A stretch of 64,000 nt of DNA, from NCBI GenBank assembly GCA_965153285.1, contig OZ229117.1. One strand, written 5' to 3'. Within the stretch, counting starts at the first letter, position 1. Each line of letters starts with the position of its first letter. Both the position numbers and the translations under genes were made by a program. Of this stretch, positions 1-13,200 are shown piece by piece. Below the pieces are notes generated by a model. The model was not told the origin of the DNA. It ran no database searches and saw nothing but the letters and a program-made list of their open reading frames with translations. Source of the stretch: Podarcis tiliguerta (lineage: Eukaryota).

Positions 1-1169
1 ATTATTTTCAGCCTCCCATTTCTCCCTCTTGGGGCCAATGGAGGGTGGAGTGTGTCTGCTCAACTCTTTTTCTGGGTGCTGCCTTATTTTACTGCATGCA
101 TGTAAGGCTCCAAGAGCTTGGAAAGGGAAGCCCTGGGCGTGGGTGGAAATATGGCTCAGTGCTTTTGTAGTGCCATTTCTCATCTATTTGCTTAGAGTCA
201 ATCATTCCGTCATAGAAACCTTTGCTCAGACAGACAAAAAATTAAAATTCTGAGTGAGTCACAATGCACTTGGATTAAGTCAAGAGTTTGTGACTCATTT
301 CTTGACTTAGCAAAAACGTCGCCATGTTTTGTGAGCTGCTAGAGCAGCTTGCTCCATCCTAGAGCCTGGAGAGCCGGCAGCTGAATTTGGAACAGGCTGT
401 TTTGTGTGTCTTTGGACTGTAAAGCAGGATAAATATAAATCTCATCTAATCTGTTCCTCCTTTTCTTATTATACAAACACACTGCCTGTTTGTTGGGGTG
501 ACTCCTGTTGGCCATCTGAGGGCTTGTACAAAATACAATCACTTTGTGGACCTGTGTTAAATCTATGCACATAGTGGAATGGGATGGTACAGTCCTGAAA
601 TGGGAAAATGGACTGTACCACTTCAGTCTGAAGGGGAGGGTCACTTTTTCTATACTCTCATGTTAGCACCTTTATCCCTGGAATGCTTTGGGGAAGGGGC
701 TTTGCTTTTTGTTTCCTTACAGGAGTTGTTAAACGGTAGCCAGCTAAAACTAGTAAGGGAATTTAGGGAAGCCACAATTTCTGTTGTTTCCCCTGCCCCC
801 TTTGACTACTGTTTTTTACAAGTTTGGTTGCTCTGGTAGAAATCTGTTTCCTTGGCATGTGACCCTGTAAATCACAAGTCCACCTCTATTTTTTAGTTAA
901 AAACCATTTTCGGTAGAGTGCGTATGTGTGTCTATGCATTCATATCTAATACTCAGGAATTCTTTTTTCTTATTATTTAAAATATTTCTATTTTGCCTCC
1001 ACTAAAATGTTCAGGCAGCTCATGCAATACAGACAAATCAAAGCAAGCCAAGTGTTGGTAAACATACCTTGTTTGTTTTACTGCCTTCATTAAGAAAGAT
1101 GCTATTTGTCACACCCAAGGTTTTGTTTGCACCCCTTAAGGAACATGTTTTCTAGACTGAGCAGACATT

Positions 1170-1296
1170 AGGGTTGTATCCAATATTAATTCTATTTTGA
1201 GTAGATGCACTGGAATTAGTGCATGTGACTAACTTAGGTCCATTAATTTCAATGGGTCTGCTTTGATTTTAACTTACCGGTAGTTGGATGCAATCA
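1170..1296. mobile_element. Second palindromic MITE family (copies at ~31543-31638 and ~55592-55705)
   Basis: GGTTGTATCCAA...TTGGATGCAATC inverted ends with shared CCATTAATTTCAATGG / GAGTAGA core. Confidence 0.5.
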
Positions 1297-4200
1297 AATC
1301 CTCTGTCCTGCTGGCAGGGAGTCCTTGTTAGTTTCTCCATCAGTTGCAACTAAAAAACAGGATGGTTCGGCATGCTAGCACCATGAGTGAGGAGATATCA
1401 ATGGAATTCCAACAGGTTTCCTGTTCTCACTGTCTCAGTGTTAAACACACAAGCTGACTTTCTCTCCATTAGGCTGTTGTTGCTGCTCAGGGCCAGCCCA
1501 ACCTATTTTGTTGCCTGAGGTTAAGGACAAGATGGTGCCCCTTCCCAGGTCCATGTACAGAAGTCAGCTAGACAGCCAGTTGAATCTTACTTAAACACTG
1601 GTAACAGGGCAGTGCCCTCATCCCACCACATCTGAGGGTAGAAGGCTAGTTTAGGGGCCCAGGGCAGGCAGGGTCCTTCAACACCTCCCCACCCCTCAGC
1701 ATCTGCCGCCACAGGTGACCTCCTGGTAGGGCTGACCCTGCTGCCTCCACTGGCCTCCTTTGTCCAAGCTTTAGAGAATGATGTTGACGATGGCAGTGCC
1801 AACCAGCCTGCCTCTTAAAGGGTTGTTCCACTCTTCCGCCATCTAATCTTGGGTTACATCTGATGTAAAAAGCATGCTGATGAGCAGGATGAAAATGTTA
1901 ATCTCTTGTAAAATAGGAAGGACACAAGCATGAGGTCTGCGTCTAGCAAAACTCCCAAGATCTTATAAATGCATTTTATGTTTGGGTCAGACCTTTGGGG
2001 CATGATAAAAAGTATGTGTTTTCTTTTGCTTTTCTGTCCATTTCCTGTTTTGAACACAGAAGTAGGAAACTCTGATCATAGTGGCCCAAAGTACCAGCTT
2101 CATTCCTTCCTGCTGCAGGTCTCTGTTGCAAGCCCTATTCCTGTGGGGATTTGCTCACCTGTTCTTAGCCTGCCTGCCAGAGGCACCTCCTAGACTCCCC
2201 GCCTCTGCTGTCGGCAGTACCAGTTGCTGATTATCTTTGAAATGTTAGGAATGCAAGAGTGGAGCCCAGCCCCTCGGGGAAAGCACTGGGAAACATCCTG
2301 CTTGCTGTATGATGTGTCCGCTCCGGATTCCAAATACTTTCCTAAGCTTCGAAGAGTTGGGTAAAGCGGGTGCACACCTAGACTTCAACCCCTTCAGGGT
2401 GAGCTGGCTGTCTTTCAGCTTCCATCTCCTGTGGCCCCAAGGGTTTCGGCAGTATTTCCAGCACCTCATGTTAACCTTGTAGAACAGGTAAGTTCCTGGG
2501 ACTGGCATTTCTTCTCTGCCTGGCACCTAAAAGGGCTCAGCTTCTATGCTTCTCCACAAAGGCTCTGCATGTGAAGGTCAGCTCCCAGTTTTGTCACCTG
2601 CTTTGCTCTTGGCAATAGTACCCTTGCACTGACCAGATGAGGGCACCCTCCCAGTTCTGTAGTGGGCCAACTGGCTAAATCGTGCTGACCTGGCAGGAGC
2701 ACCTGTTGCCTCATCATCCTTGCTTGCAGTCCATAAAGACCCTCTGAGTTCAGTGGGGGTGGCAGGGCAGGGCTCCCTTGGTGATCTGATTAAATGGCTC
2801 CAACAGAGAGGGTAATCCGCTAAGGTCCTACTTGGATTACAGCTCCTTCGTAATGAGTTTAATTGGGCCACTGTTGTCCTAGAAACGGGACCGTTGGAGT
2901 AGCAATCATAGGGCTAGCTCCTGAATCTCATACTGCCTGGGTCTTGAGCTGTGCAGGTGGGAGGGAGCCCAATGTGAGCGGCCTCACTCCTAACTCCTGG
3001 GATGCTACTCCGAAATGTTTGTGACAGAGGATCAACCATGGAGGATTTGGATGTTGTGACGGAGATCTTTGGTGGGGGAAAGGCTCTGGCTCCCATTGGC
3101 TGGTTGCTGATGCTGACTTTCTTGGATTGGCTATTGTTCAGGTCTGTGTAGCTTTTGGGGTAAGTGAGAAGAACCCTGCCTGTTATCACTAGCAGATAAG
3201 CTGTTAGCTGGGTGACAAAGCTATGGATCATGAGTACGGTGACCTTGCAGTTAGTTTGTACCATTGCTGTCTTATTTCCTCTTCCTCCCACTGATCAGCA
3301 TTCATAAAGAACGCAGATAGATGTAATGCAAAATCGTTCTTAAAATCCATCTTCTGGGTGGGTCAGTTATGCTAGTATTTTCACAAGCTTCTGAGTTCCA
3401 CAGGGCTCCTCTCCTGCCATAAAGAACTGGGGGTTTTGTATTCATTCCTCCATGACTGTTTACTACGACTTTCCAGCTCCAAAGTAGCATTCTCCTGGAA
3501 GTGTGTGTGGGGGGGGGCTGAATCAATAACATTTGTCTGTTGTTAATGGTGTTCGTAACTGTGCCTTGTTCCAACTCTGGAATGGAAAGTGTTTTGTGAT
3601 TTGTCCCACGCAGGGCAGGCTCCTTGTTCTGTTTCTGCTGTAGTCTCACCAAGTGCCAAATAACGATGCCAGTTCTGCTAGTGTATGAATGAACTCCGTA
3701 TATGTTTCCCCTTCTTTGTCACTGCTCAGCCACCTTCTTTCCCCTTCCCCTAATTAGCCAATCAAGATGCAAAAAAGGTGAAAGCGTTCTCAAAAGAGGA
3801 GCAAAGAAAAACAAAAAAGTCACATAAAAGAGTTACCCTCTTAATTAGATAATACGATTGACACATTACACACTGGTGTTGATAACTGTATATCATATTG
3901 CAAGACTAACATCAACCAGCATTAAATTCAGAACTGAGAGAAGCTGAATTTTGTGACCTCTGGATAACTAGCAAGATCAAATGAATAATTCCCAACAACA
4001 GTAGTTTTGGGGGCTGGATATTATTCCATGCAATGTTTTAAGTCTCTGAAATAATATCAGATGTATTTTAGTCCCTTTTAGTAGTGGTATGCTTTATTTT
4101 GTTGGGTTCTTTTCTTGGTTGAAGCTAGCCTACAAATATAATATGGTGATCTCCTTGTTTTTGTGTAGTGAAATCAATTCCCATCTTCACACAGTCATAT

Positions 4201-6517
4201 TCTCAACTGAGAATAGAAATACCATGTGCAAACCCTCACATGGTTTAATACAGTGCTATCTTTCTCGAAAAAGAAGTGCCAGAACTCACCATGAACACCT
4301 CCCTTGTTCTCTTATAAGGGAAATGGTGCCTACCTGAGAGGTGCCGAAACTGAGTTCCAGCTGAAAAAAGCACTGGATTTATATATATGTTGTGATTCTG
4401 AGGGAGCATATAAAAAACACAGCATCAGTGTTGGCTTCAGAATCCAGATTTTTATGAAGCTCTGATTTTCCTTTTAAATAGAAAGCCTAGCTCTTACATT
4501 TGTCAATATGTTCACAAGTGTGTGAACTTTTCAGTATCCTACATAGCTGCTCTTCTCCCTGCCAGCAAAGCCAGATTAAACAATGCAAAATATATTATAA
4601 AAAATACGTCAGTCACAATTCATTTGCATAAAATTCAGCTTCTCTTAGTACAAAAGTAAGTGTATGTGTGTGGTGGTATGTATGCCTGGATTTCCAGAGT
4701 GCTAGAAGAGAGCAAGCAGTTATTGAGAGACCAGAGCACCAAATAAACCAATTACGAAAAGAACCACCAGCTCTGATCTTTGAGCGTTGTGATTGCATGG
4801 CACTTTATCCTTGCCCATCTGTTCAGTGCTGTCTGCATGTTGGCAAGTTCTAGTCCTACGCAGGAGGCAGTCCTGGAAGGGGCTGAAGATACTGCAGCTT
4901 GAGGAATAATGTTTAAGTGCAGTGAGAGGAGCGTAGTTGGAGATGGCTGGCTGCTTCCTTCTCACAAACTGAACTTCAACTTCTTTGGGTCTGAGTTCTC
5001 TGCACAGAATGAGAGGATCTGTCTTTAGAGGTGGTGGGAATGTTTTCTCTGACAGGTATCCAATTCGGGCAAACAGCACACTCATTACCTTCCCCCAGAG
5101 AAGGTTTGGCCTCTTCCTCCTCCCGCCATGTCAAGTCTCAGACTTTTAGTGTAAGCTTCAGCTCTTAATGTTCCCACCCATGTTGGAAAGGGTGCTCTGA
5201 GGAAATCATGAGCAGCTGTGATGCTTTCGCATTTTGTCCTCAAGAGAGAGGTTGTTAAGGACCTGACTGAGATTCGGGTTTGAAGGACTGTGATTGTATT
5301 GCGTACACCGTTGGACCAGGTAGACCTGGGCTGAAATCATCCATGAAGCTCACTGGCCGACTGAGTCAAAATCTCTGCGTACTTACCTCACCAGTCTGTT
5401 GTGAGCACAAAATGAGAAGATGGGGACACATAGCATATATTCAACCTTGTGTGATGGTTGGGATAGAAATGTGATACTTTTTAAAAAAGGCTTTCCTGAG
5501 TTTTTCCTGGTTTGCACTGTGGGGTGGTAGGTTGGCTCTGAGTCCTGTTTTGCCTCATTCTGCCACATGTGTAGTTGAGCACTGAGATGAGAGCATGAAC
5601 TGTACCATTTCAGAGTTCAGGGAGTGGACCACATTTTTATGTGGAAAACATCCTCCAAGTGACCACCAACACATGAGTCCTTTTAGACCCGGAACAGGGC
5701 AGGCTTATTCATGCATGGGTGCTAGGAATGGAACCCCCACACAAAATGGTCACTGCCTGTATAACAGCTTGCTGATAGGGCAAGAATCTTTTCTTCTTGC
5801 TGTGGCAGGTTCCTCCTCACCTCTCTTTGAAGGGTGGGTTTTTATTTGGGGAGTGTAATATACTCTATCTTCATTCTAAATTAGTACAGTCAGCTATACC
5901 ATCTCATACTACTGCCTGTGTTGACAGGTCCAAGTTGTCTCCTGTCAAACCGTGTAAGGGAAAGGAGATGTTTCTTGGGCTGGAGCTTGACATGTGCTCC
6001 TCTTGTGTTGAGACAGGCCTCAATGGTTGATTCATCCCTTTCTGTGTAAAGGACATTCATTCATTCATTCATTCACTATGTCTAAACTGCAGCTTCACCC
6101 AGACATGGATTCCAGAAAAATTTACATAAAAACTGCAAATATCACTACAATATTAAAAATAAACAATAAAAATCAGAGCAGTATAATAAAACAACAGAGG
6201 TTGTAACCAAAGAAGTATTCAGCCACCTAAAACCATACTGTAATTTTTTTAAAGACTGAACAGTTTAAAAAATATATATTAATCTGGCACTGAAAAAAGT
6301 ACAATGCTGGTGATAGTCTTGGCCTCTTTAGAAGGAGATCCCAAAGCTAGAGGCTTGTGTTTAGGCCCTGACGACTCCTTGACTCTGCCTGCAAGTTGGT
6401 GGCAATTGCTTGGTCAAGCAGCTGGTATCTGAAGGGCACTGAGTTCTTCTGAGATCCTTTGGGCCTAGAAGAGCTTGACAGTGTGAACTGAGAGACTGCC
6501 TGGCAGACTCTGTAGGG

Positions 6518-6724
6518 CAGAGCTTTCCAAACTTTTCATGTCGGTGACACACTTTTTAGACATGCATCATTTTGCAACACAGTAATTCAGTTTTACTAGC
6601 AAACCAGAGGTTAAACTAACCTCTTTGCAGCCCTGGGAAGAGTGCGGGGAGCGTTCGCACAACAACACACCTACACATTGCAGCCAACACACTAACGTGT
6701 CATGACACACTTTTGAAAATTCTG
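6518..6724. mobile_element. hAT-type MITE with 8-bp TSD
   Basis: Imperfect TIRs CAGAGCTTTCCAAA / TTTTGAAAATTCTG, internal inverted GTGTC/GACAC blocks, CTGTAGGG duplicated at 6510-6517 and 6725-6732. Confidence 0.8.
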
Positions 6725-6740
6725 CTGTAGGGTATAAGTA

Positions 6741-6946
6741 CAGTGGTACCTCGGGTTACAGACGCTTCAGGTTACAGACTCTGCTAACCCAGAAATAGTA
6801 CCTCGGGTTAAGAACTTTGCTTCAGGATGAGAACAGAAATTGTGCAGCGGCAGGAGGAAGCCCCATTAGCTAAAGTGATTAAGAACAGTTTCAGGTTAAG
6901 AACGGACCTCCAGAACGAATTAAGTTCTTAACCCAAGGTATCACTG
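6741..6946. mobile_element. Tc1/mariner (Tigger-like) MITE
   Basis: TA|CAGTGGTACCTCGGGTTA ... TAACCCAAGGTATCACTG|TA; near-identical copy at 45672. Confidence 0.88.
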
Positions 6947-9300
6947 TAGTCCCTCCCTTGTGATGTGGAGGGTGATGCCTGCCAGGGCTGGAGGCCAGGT
7001 GTATCAAAGGCACAGATCAGGGGTGGGAAACCTAAGGTCTGCTGGAATGCATCCTTGCATTCTGATGACTCCTGCTTGCCTGGACGGATGATAGAGAACT
7101 GTGCGTCATTGTGTGTGGAAACTAGCTTACTGTACAAAGGTAAAAGTTAACATTCATTGGCCCACCACTTCTGCCTCTGTCCCTGCCCACCATTGGCATG
7201 TGGTTCCTGTAAGGCTGCTTAGAAGGGAACGTAGTCCTCAGGCTGAAAAGTTTTCCCCACCCTTGCCATAGATCAACACAATGCGCCATGAGAACTGAGA
7301 GCAAAAAAAATGGTCACATTGCAAGGGTCTGAGGAGAACCAGGCCCAGTTTGGTCCCCAGAGAAATGTGTTGTGATACATGTTTCCTTTATTTATAAAAA
7401 AAACTTTTATACCAGTTTTCAGCCCTAGCACACACACGCACCCTAGCAGTGTGCAAGAAAAGAAAATACCGGTTTAAACAATAACAGAATTAAAACTGAA
7501 TGTTAAACATGACATTTAAAAAGTAGGAAGAATGAATCAAAACCTTCAATCTCAATAAAGGCAGGAGCCAAGTGGAAAATAAACATTTTTGTTGCTCAAC
7601 CTAAAAGCCATCAGGGCTGTGGCCTAAGAATCACTGGACAAGGTGAATTGATGCCCTCATCTCAGGCCATGATAGTTTCTTGCTCCTAGCAAGAACATTT
7701 TAATAATTCTCCCTAGAAGAAATCAGAAGTCAACGAAGATTTATCTTTCTAGTCTATAGAAAGCAGCACAACAACCTGCTAAAAATCAATGGATGGAGAA
7801 GAATTGGAAATTTGCAAGTCAAACTGGCTAGGGATGCAACTCTGAATATCAATCCAATGGCAATCCAGTCCCCTTTTATTATATTGCAGCTCTTTTCCAA
7901 AGGAAGGAAGTGTATGTGGGTGCCTGCCAAATAGAAGTACATGTGTATGTTTTTACTCTCTAATGGTGTTGTTGTTCTATGAGATCCAAGCCTGGGTTGA
8001 GATTTTAATTTCTCCAGGTCCAGATACATAGTTCTATCCTCAGGTTTCCTCCCCTCCTATTGGTAAATTCTTGAAAATCTGAGTTAATGGTCTTAAACCT
8101 GAGCCACTCCTACCTAAGCAAATGACATTCCAAAGCATTCTGTTTAGTTTCATTCCAGACACTAGAAATAGTTCCCTGAGGGTCAGGAGACAAGGGACCA
8201 TTGCCTCTTGTCCTCAACAAGCTATGAAATTGGATGTAGTGGGCTCTCTGATCTTGGCAGATCTTGGTTTATATAAATATGCCAGTCCTTCGAGGTGCAA
8301 CAAGACTGTGTGTTTTCTGCAGCACACACAGCTCACCCTCTGGAATTTTGGCATAATTTGGGGTGCCACCTTTGGCTAAGAATGTGGTTTATAAATATTT
8401 AAATAAATGTGCAGGAAACAAGATTGATTGGGGATTTCTAAAGGCTGTTGTGTACAGAAAATAGCCAGCTGGAGTGTGGGGCAGTTCTGTGTATTCCCTC
8501 CTCTGCCCCCCCCCCTTTTTTTTGCCTTTCAGGCGCTCTTTCACTAAACCACAAATGATTAACATATGTGAATAGGTAGGCTGGTGACATTTGTAATTGA
8601 TTTACAAAGCTCCACTAAAAATCCCCAAGGTGAACACTTGCAACAAGAGATGGGTTTCCTCTCGGAAGTGAGGAACTTTGTTTAGCCTGAGGGCCACATT
8701 CCACCATGGGTGAACTTCTGGGGGCCATGTGCTGGCGGAGAAAGTTAGTGGAACAAAGGATGTGACTCTTACCTTTGTACAGCAATTTGCATTTCAGCTA
8801 CAAAAAAAGCCAGAGGTTTCTACATATTCAGCCCCAAACACATGAAACACATCTCCATCCAGAATCCAGGCAAGCCAGAGGTATTATCACAGTTCAAGTA
8901 CACATTCCAGCCAGATGAAAGCACTCAAGGGCATAGGGCATTCCAGTGTGGGGCTTGACAAGCCTAAGAAGTCATATTTGGCCCACAGGCCAGAGTTTCC
9001 TCACCTCTGCCTTAAAAATCAAGCATGGCCCTTTTGTACAACTGTATTAGTTCTCCTGTAAACAGCAAGCGAGTGATTGTGAAGGAAGGACACTTAGACA
9101 GCCAATTCTGGAGAGACTGTTGCTTCCGGCATGTGGACAATAGGGCAACACCTTGACTTTTGCCCTCTACTCTTGTGTTTGATATGGGACAATGCCTCCT
9201 CTCAAAAATAAGACCTGGTCTGAAGGATCTAGAACAGAGGGAAGGCAGTCTTGTCTGTTTATTCCCATGGTAGATTCATCGAGTGGGATAGCACTTGGGG

Positions 9301-9428
9301 CAGGGATGGGGAACCTGTGGCCCTTCACATGTTGTTGGACTCCAGCTCCCATCAACCCCAGACAACATGGTCCGCGATGATGCGAATTGTCCAGCAACAT
9401 CTGGAGGCTTGCAGGTTCTTCAGCCCTG
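9301..9428. mobile_element. Palindromic ~130-bp hAT-type MITE (family with ~12 copies in the window)
   Basis: CAGGGATGGGGAACC...GGTTCTTCAGCCCTG ends, internal CTCCCATCA..TGATG hairpin, ACTTGGGG 8-bp TSD; relatives at ~13020, 14790, 18645, 20430, 22115, 25700, 28210, 38420, 46790, 58815, 63177. Confidence 0.8.
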
Positions 9429-10105
9429 ACTTGGGGGGAGGCTGTGGGGGTGTCAATTGACTCGGCAGATGTGAGTGGAGAAGTGGTATAGGCAAGGTCC
9501 TACTGCTTCCAAAAACAGTGGACTGGCCTCCCAGTACATCACCCTCCACTGTACTAACCTGGTGTTGCTATACTTGGTGGAAGAGTAAGAAATTGCCAGC
9601 AGCTCCAGTTTAAAGGAATGCAGTAGATATCAGGCCTTGGCCATTGCCGGTCATAATAAAATCATAACTATGTGTCTGACTTGGTACAAGGCAGATTTGT
9701 GTGTTTGATATTCCAGGTTGTGTTTTAGCAAATGGAGATTGAGGAATGAGCTACACAGGAGCCCTTTGCAAGGCAGCTGGGTTATGAGCCTCCCTTACTG
9801 GATCATAACTTTGATCCTTCTCTTCATTTTCTGAGATGTTGTAGCTCAGCTAAGTCTATTGTTTTTGTGTATCATTGTAATTAGGGTGTCGCTTTTTATA
9901 AACTTATGACTCAGTAGTTGTTTTGGTTACATTTAAAAAGTGCTTTTCCCACAGTCATTCCACCTCCTGCAGCTTTGATTCCCTCCTCCCTCTCCTCTCC
10001 CTGTACATTGCTCCCTGACATGGTTCCTTTAGCTCCCCCACTTTGTCCTTGATGCCATGCTCTTCTGTTCTCTCCACAGGGCGTCCCTCCAGGTGGAGCT
10101 CGACG

Positions 10106-10206
10106 ATGTCACTCTCCGTGCGGCCCCAGCGGCGCAGCCTGGTGGTCAGGATCAATAGGAGCCAATCGTTCGCTGGCGTCAACTCCACTCAGGACAAATC
10201 TTTCAG
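10106..10206 (+). CDS. RIPOR1: RIPOR1 coding exon 1 (exon begins 10080; ATG 10106) [33 protein letters not shown]
   Basis: Polypyrimidine tract+CAG acceptor at 10079, GTAGGC donor at 10207; RSQSF motif. The 26 nt upstream of the ATG are open in frame, so an N-terminal extension from an upstream exon is possible. Confidence 0.9.
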
Positions 10207-13200
10207 GTAGGCCCAGAAGAAGCTTCCTTGGTGGAAATGGGAGTTGGAGCATGCAGAGAACAAGGTGAATGGTGGTGTGTGATGCTTAAATGGCTAATTG
10301 CCTTCCCATTCCACCCAGGACTGAGAGTCATGCTGCTGTACTTACATTTTAATTTATTGTGCATAATGTATTTTGTTTCAGCTAGTTATAGGGGAAGGGC
10401 TAGAATATGCAAAATGATCCAATCCCCTGGCAACTGGATGTCTTGCTCAGCCTCCCCTCAAATCTCCTGAGGTACTGCTGCTGACCACATGTTCTTAAGC
10501 TTCATTCCCATCAGGACATGAAATACTTACTTTAAAATAACAAAGCTGAAATGCACACAGCTTTGTTCATAACATAGGACATTACTTCAGCAAGAACAGT
10601 GGCTGGCTTCTTATTCGCTCACTGCCTTTGCTCCAGAGATGCTTCAGGAAGCACCCCTGCCTATATAAATTGCCGTAATTATTCCCTATGTTGTTTGTTT
10701 GTTTATTTAAGACATCCACATACCACTTAATTATTTGAATTTCTAAGTGGTGTACATAAAAAAAATAATCCACAGAAAATAGGACTATAAAAATTGATCA
10801 TAAAACTGAACACTACCTTAAAATACCTGCTGGAACAGGAAAGTTTTAGTCATGCACTGGAGATTCAGCAAGAAGGTTGTATGTCCCATCCCAGCTGAAA
10901 GAAAGTTCCACAGGCTGGGGCCCACTAGATTGAATGCACAGCTTCTAGTAGTTACAAGCTGTGCATATGAGCCATTTCTGATGTTGAGGCTGTGCATCCC
11001 CACACTAAGAGGGAGGTATCACCAGGGTTTTGGGAATCCTAAGCTTTTCAGAAGTATAGTTTCTTTCACCATACAGTCAATCTGTGGCCGTATCTGCTGT
11101 CTGGATGGCGAGTGCTTCTTAGCATGTGAAAAGGTGGCATTTTCTGAAAGCTGGGTATGGCACTGAAATGCGCAAGGAACCTCACCAGATAGAAGATGCT
11201 CCTCTCTGTAGATAGTCACCTTTTCAACCTGTTGGGTGGGGTGATGAGGTGTTGATATGCTTGCCCCATTTTAAGAATGCTTGAAAACTACTTGTTTATC
11301 TAGTGAATGCACTCCTAAGACAGTTCTGTGTTTCATTACCACTGGTTTAGAGCGGGAGCAGAATCCCTCGTGGGAGGAAGGAGTAGGATGCAATCTGAGT
11401 AACAAGCCAGTCCATAACATAGACACAGCGACCACATGTTAGAAGGCCCTTTATTTCTTCCTGTAGGAACATTTGGCAAGTGGATAATTTTTTCCTTGGC
11501 GAACTTGAATATGTGAGGCTGGATTCTTGAAGTACTGACCAAAATGAGCCAGGCTAGATGCAACAAAAATTCCACTTGATGGTGAATGCTCCTGTTTCTG
11601 CAGTAATTAAACAGAGGGAAGGCAGGCCTGCAAACAAGTGCCATCAGCCCACCATACTCAGTGCCCTTTTTGCCCATGGGTAGTGCTAGAACATTTAGGT
11701 TTAGGTCAGGGTGAGGCGGAAGGCGCAGGAGTGTCAAAATCCATAACATCAGATTTCTTTAATCGCTTCCCCAATGTGTAGAACAATTCTGTAAATCAGT
11801 ATTTCAAATCAGCAAACATTTTTGCAGCATGGAATTGCTCCAAATATAACATTTCACGTTTCTGCTGGTGATCTTGGAACATCTGTGAAGAAGCAATACC
11901 TGTTGGCTTAGCGACGGTTACCATCTCAACACAGAGACTGTTGACATTTGGAATCCTCATTTCTGTCAGTTGCTGTGTTTTGAAAGTTTAGAGCTGATAT
12001 CAGAATTCCAGCTGTTGGAGTCATTTTGTGTTTCTTACCCTTGAAGGGAGTGGAGTCTACAAAGTACTGTACTGTTGCTTGTGAAGGATCATGGAAAAAC
12101 CTAAGCCTTTGAAAAGAAGCTACAGGCTTCCTAGTACTTATAGAAGTAAGGTAGCAAGTTATTTCCATGAAAAACAGAGATCTAGGTAGGACTACCATAT
12201 TAGAGGCTTATTGGGTTGGTTGAAAGATAATATTACTTCATGTTGTACAGTACCAGTGCCTCCCAGTTGGTTTCAGTCTCCTGCTCTGTTCATCTCCTCA
12301 CCTGCCTCCAAGTCTTTCAAGAGTACCAGTCAGGGGCTGGTGTAAGCCTTTAAGTGCCATAGGCAAAATTTGTATAAAAGCCAATGCTGGATCATGAAGC
12401 TGTTGGGCTAAGAACCAATCCTCGGCCATTCTGCTTGGCTCTCTTTCACACCCCAATTCCAACTAGTGCTGGTCTTCAGCTGCTAGCATGCTGCTGCTTA
12501 TGTCCAGGTTTACTGGGCTTTTCACCCACAACCTACTGTATCTGGGATTCTTTACTATTGCCTGGTCTGTTCCTGGAAAAGACAGCAACTTACTGCTAGA
12601 AAGCACACTTTGCGGGCAGAACATCCCAGGTTCAATCCCTGCCATCCCCAGTTGGAGGGATAAAATAGCAGGTGAGGTGGAAGGCTTTTGCCTAGACTGT
12701 GGAGAGCTGCCACAGATAAGGGTTGACAGTACCAGATTAAACAGACTTACGGGCTGACCTGCTACGTCAGCTTCCTATGTTCCTTTGCTATCAACACTTG
12801 TCCATTCTTCCTTCTTACCTCTGTCAGGAGCAAAAATGTCATGAACGTGATAAGCATGTACTTCCCTACTCGTTATCTGTTACTGCAGAAGACATGCTGT
12901 CATGGTCAGCTGTCTAAGGCTTCCTAACAGCAAGGCATCCTTCTTAGTTCCAGTCCTCCATTTTACACATCTCCCAGCAAGATGCACAATTTCTAGACTT
13001 GGGACTATTCCTGCAGCACAAGGATGGGGAACTTGTGGCTGTCTGGTTGTTTATGGACTCCAGGTCCCATCAGCCGCGGCCAGAATGGTCAGTGGTCAGG
13101 AATGATGGAAGCTGTAGTTCAGTAACATATGGGTGGCTAAGGGTTCCCTGCTCCTGTTGTAGCAATAAAAGATTGACCAGTAACTCCCAAAATAGCATGG

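Noticed and set aside
2230-2495. Possible upstream RIPOR1 exon (strong CAG|GTAAGT donor at 2488; short ORF from 2242)
   Set aside because: Phase does not match exon 10080 for coding use and there is no promoter signature; might be a UTR exon but cannot be supported.
5040-5061. Possible alternative first exon ATGTTTTCTCTGACAG|GTATCC (MFSLT-G, phase compatible)
   Set aside because: Weak donor, no independent evidence; such matches arise by chance.
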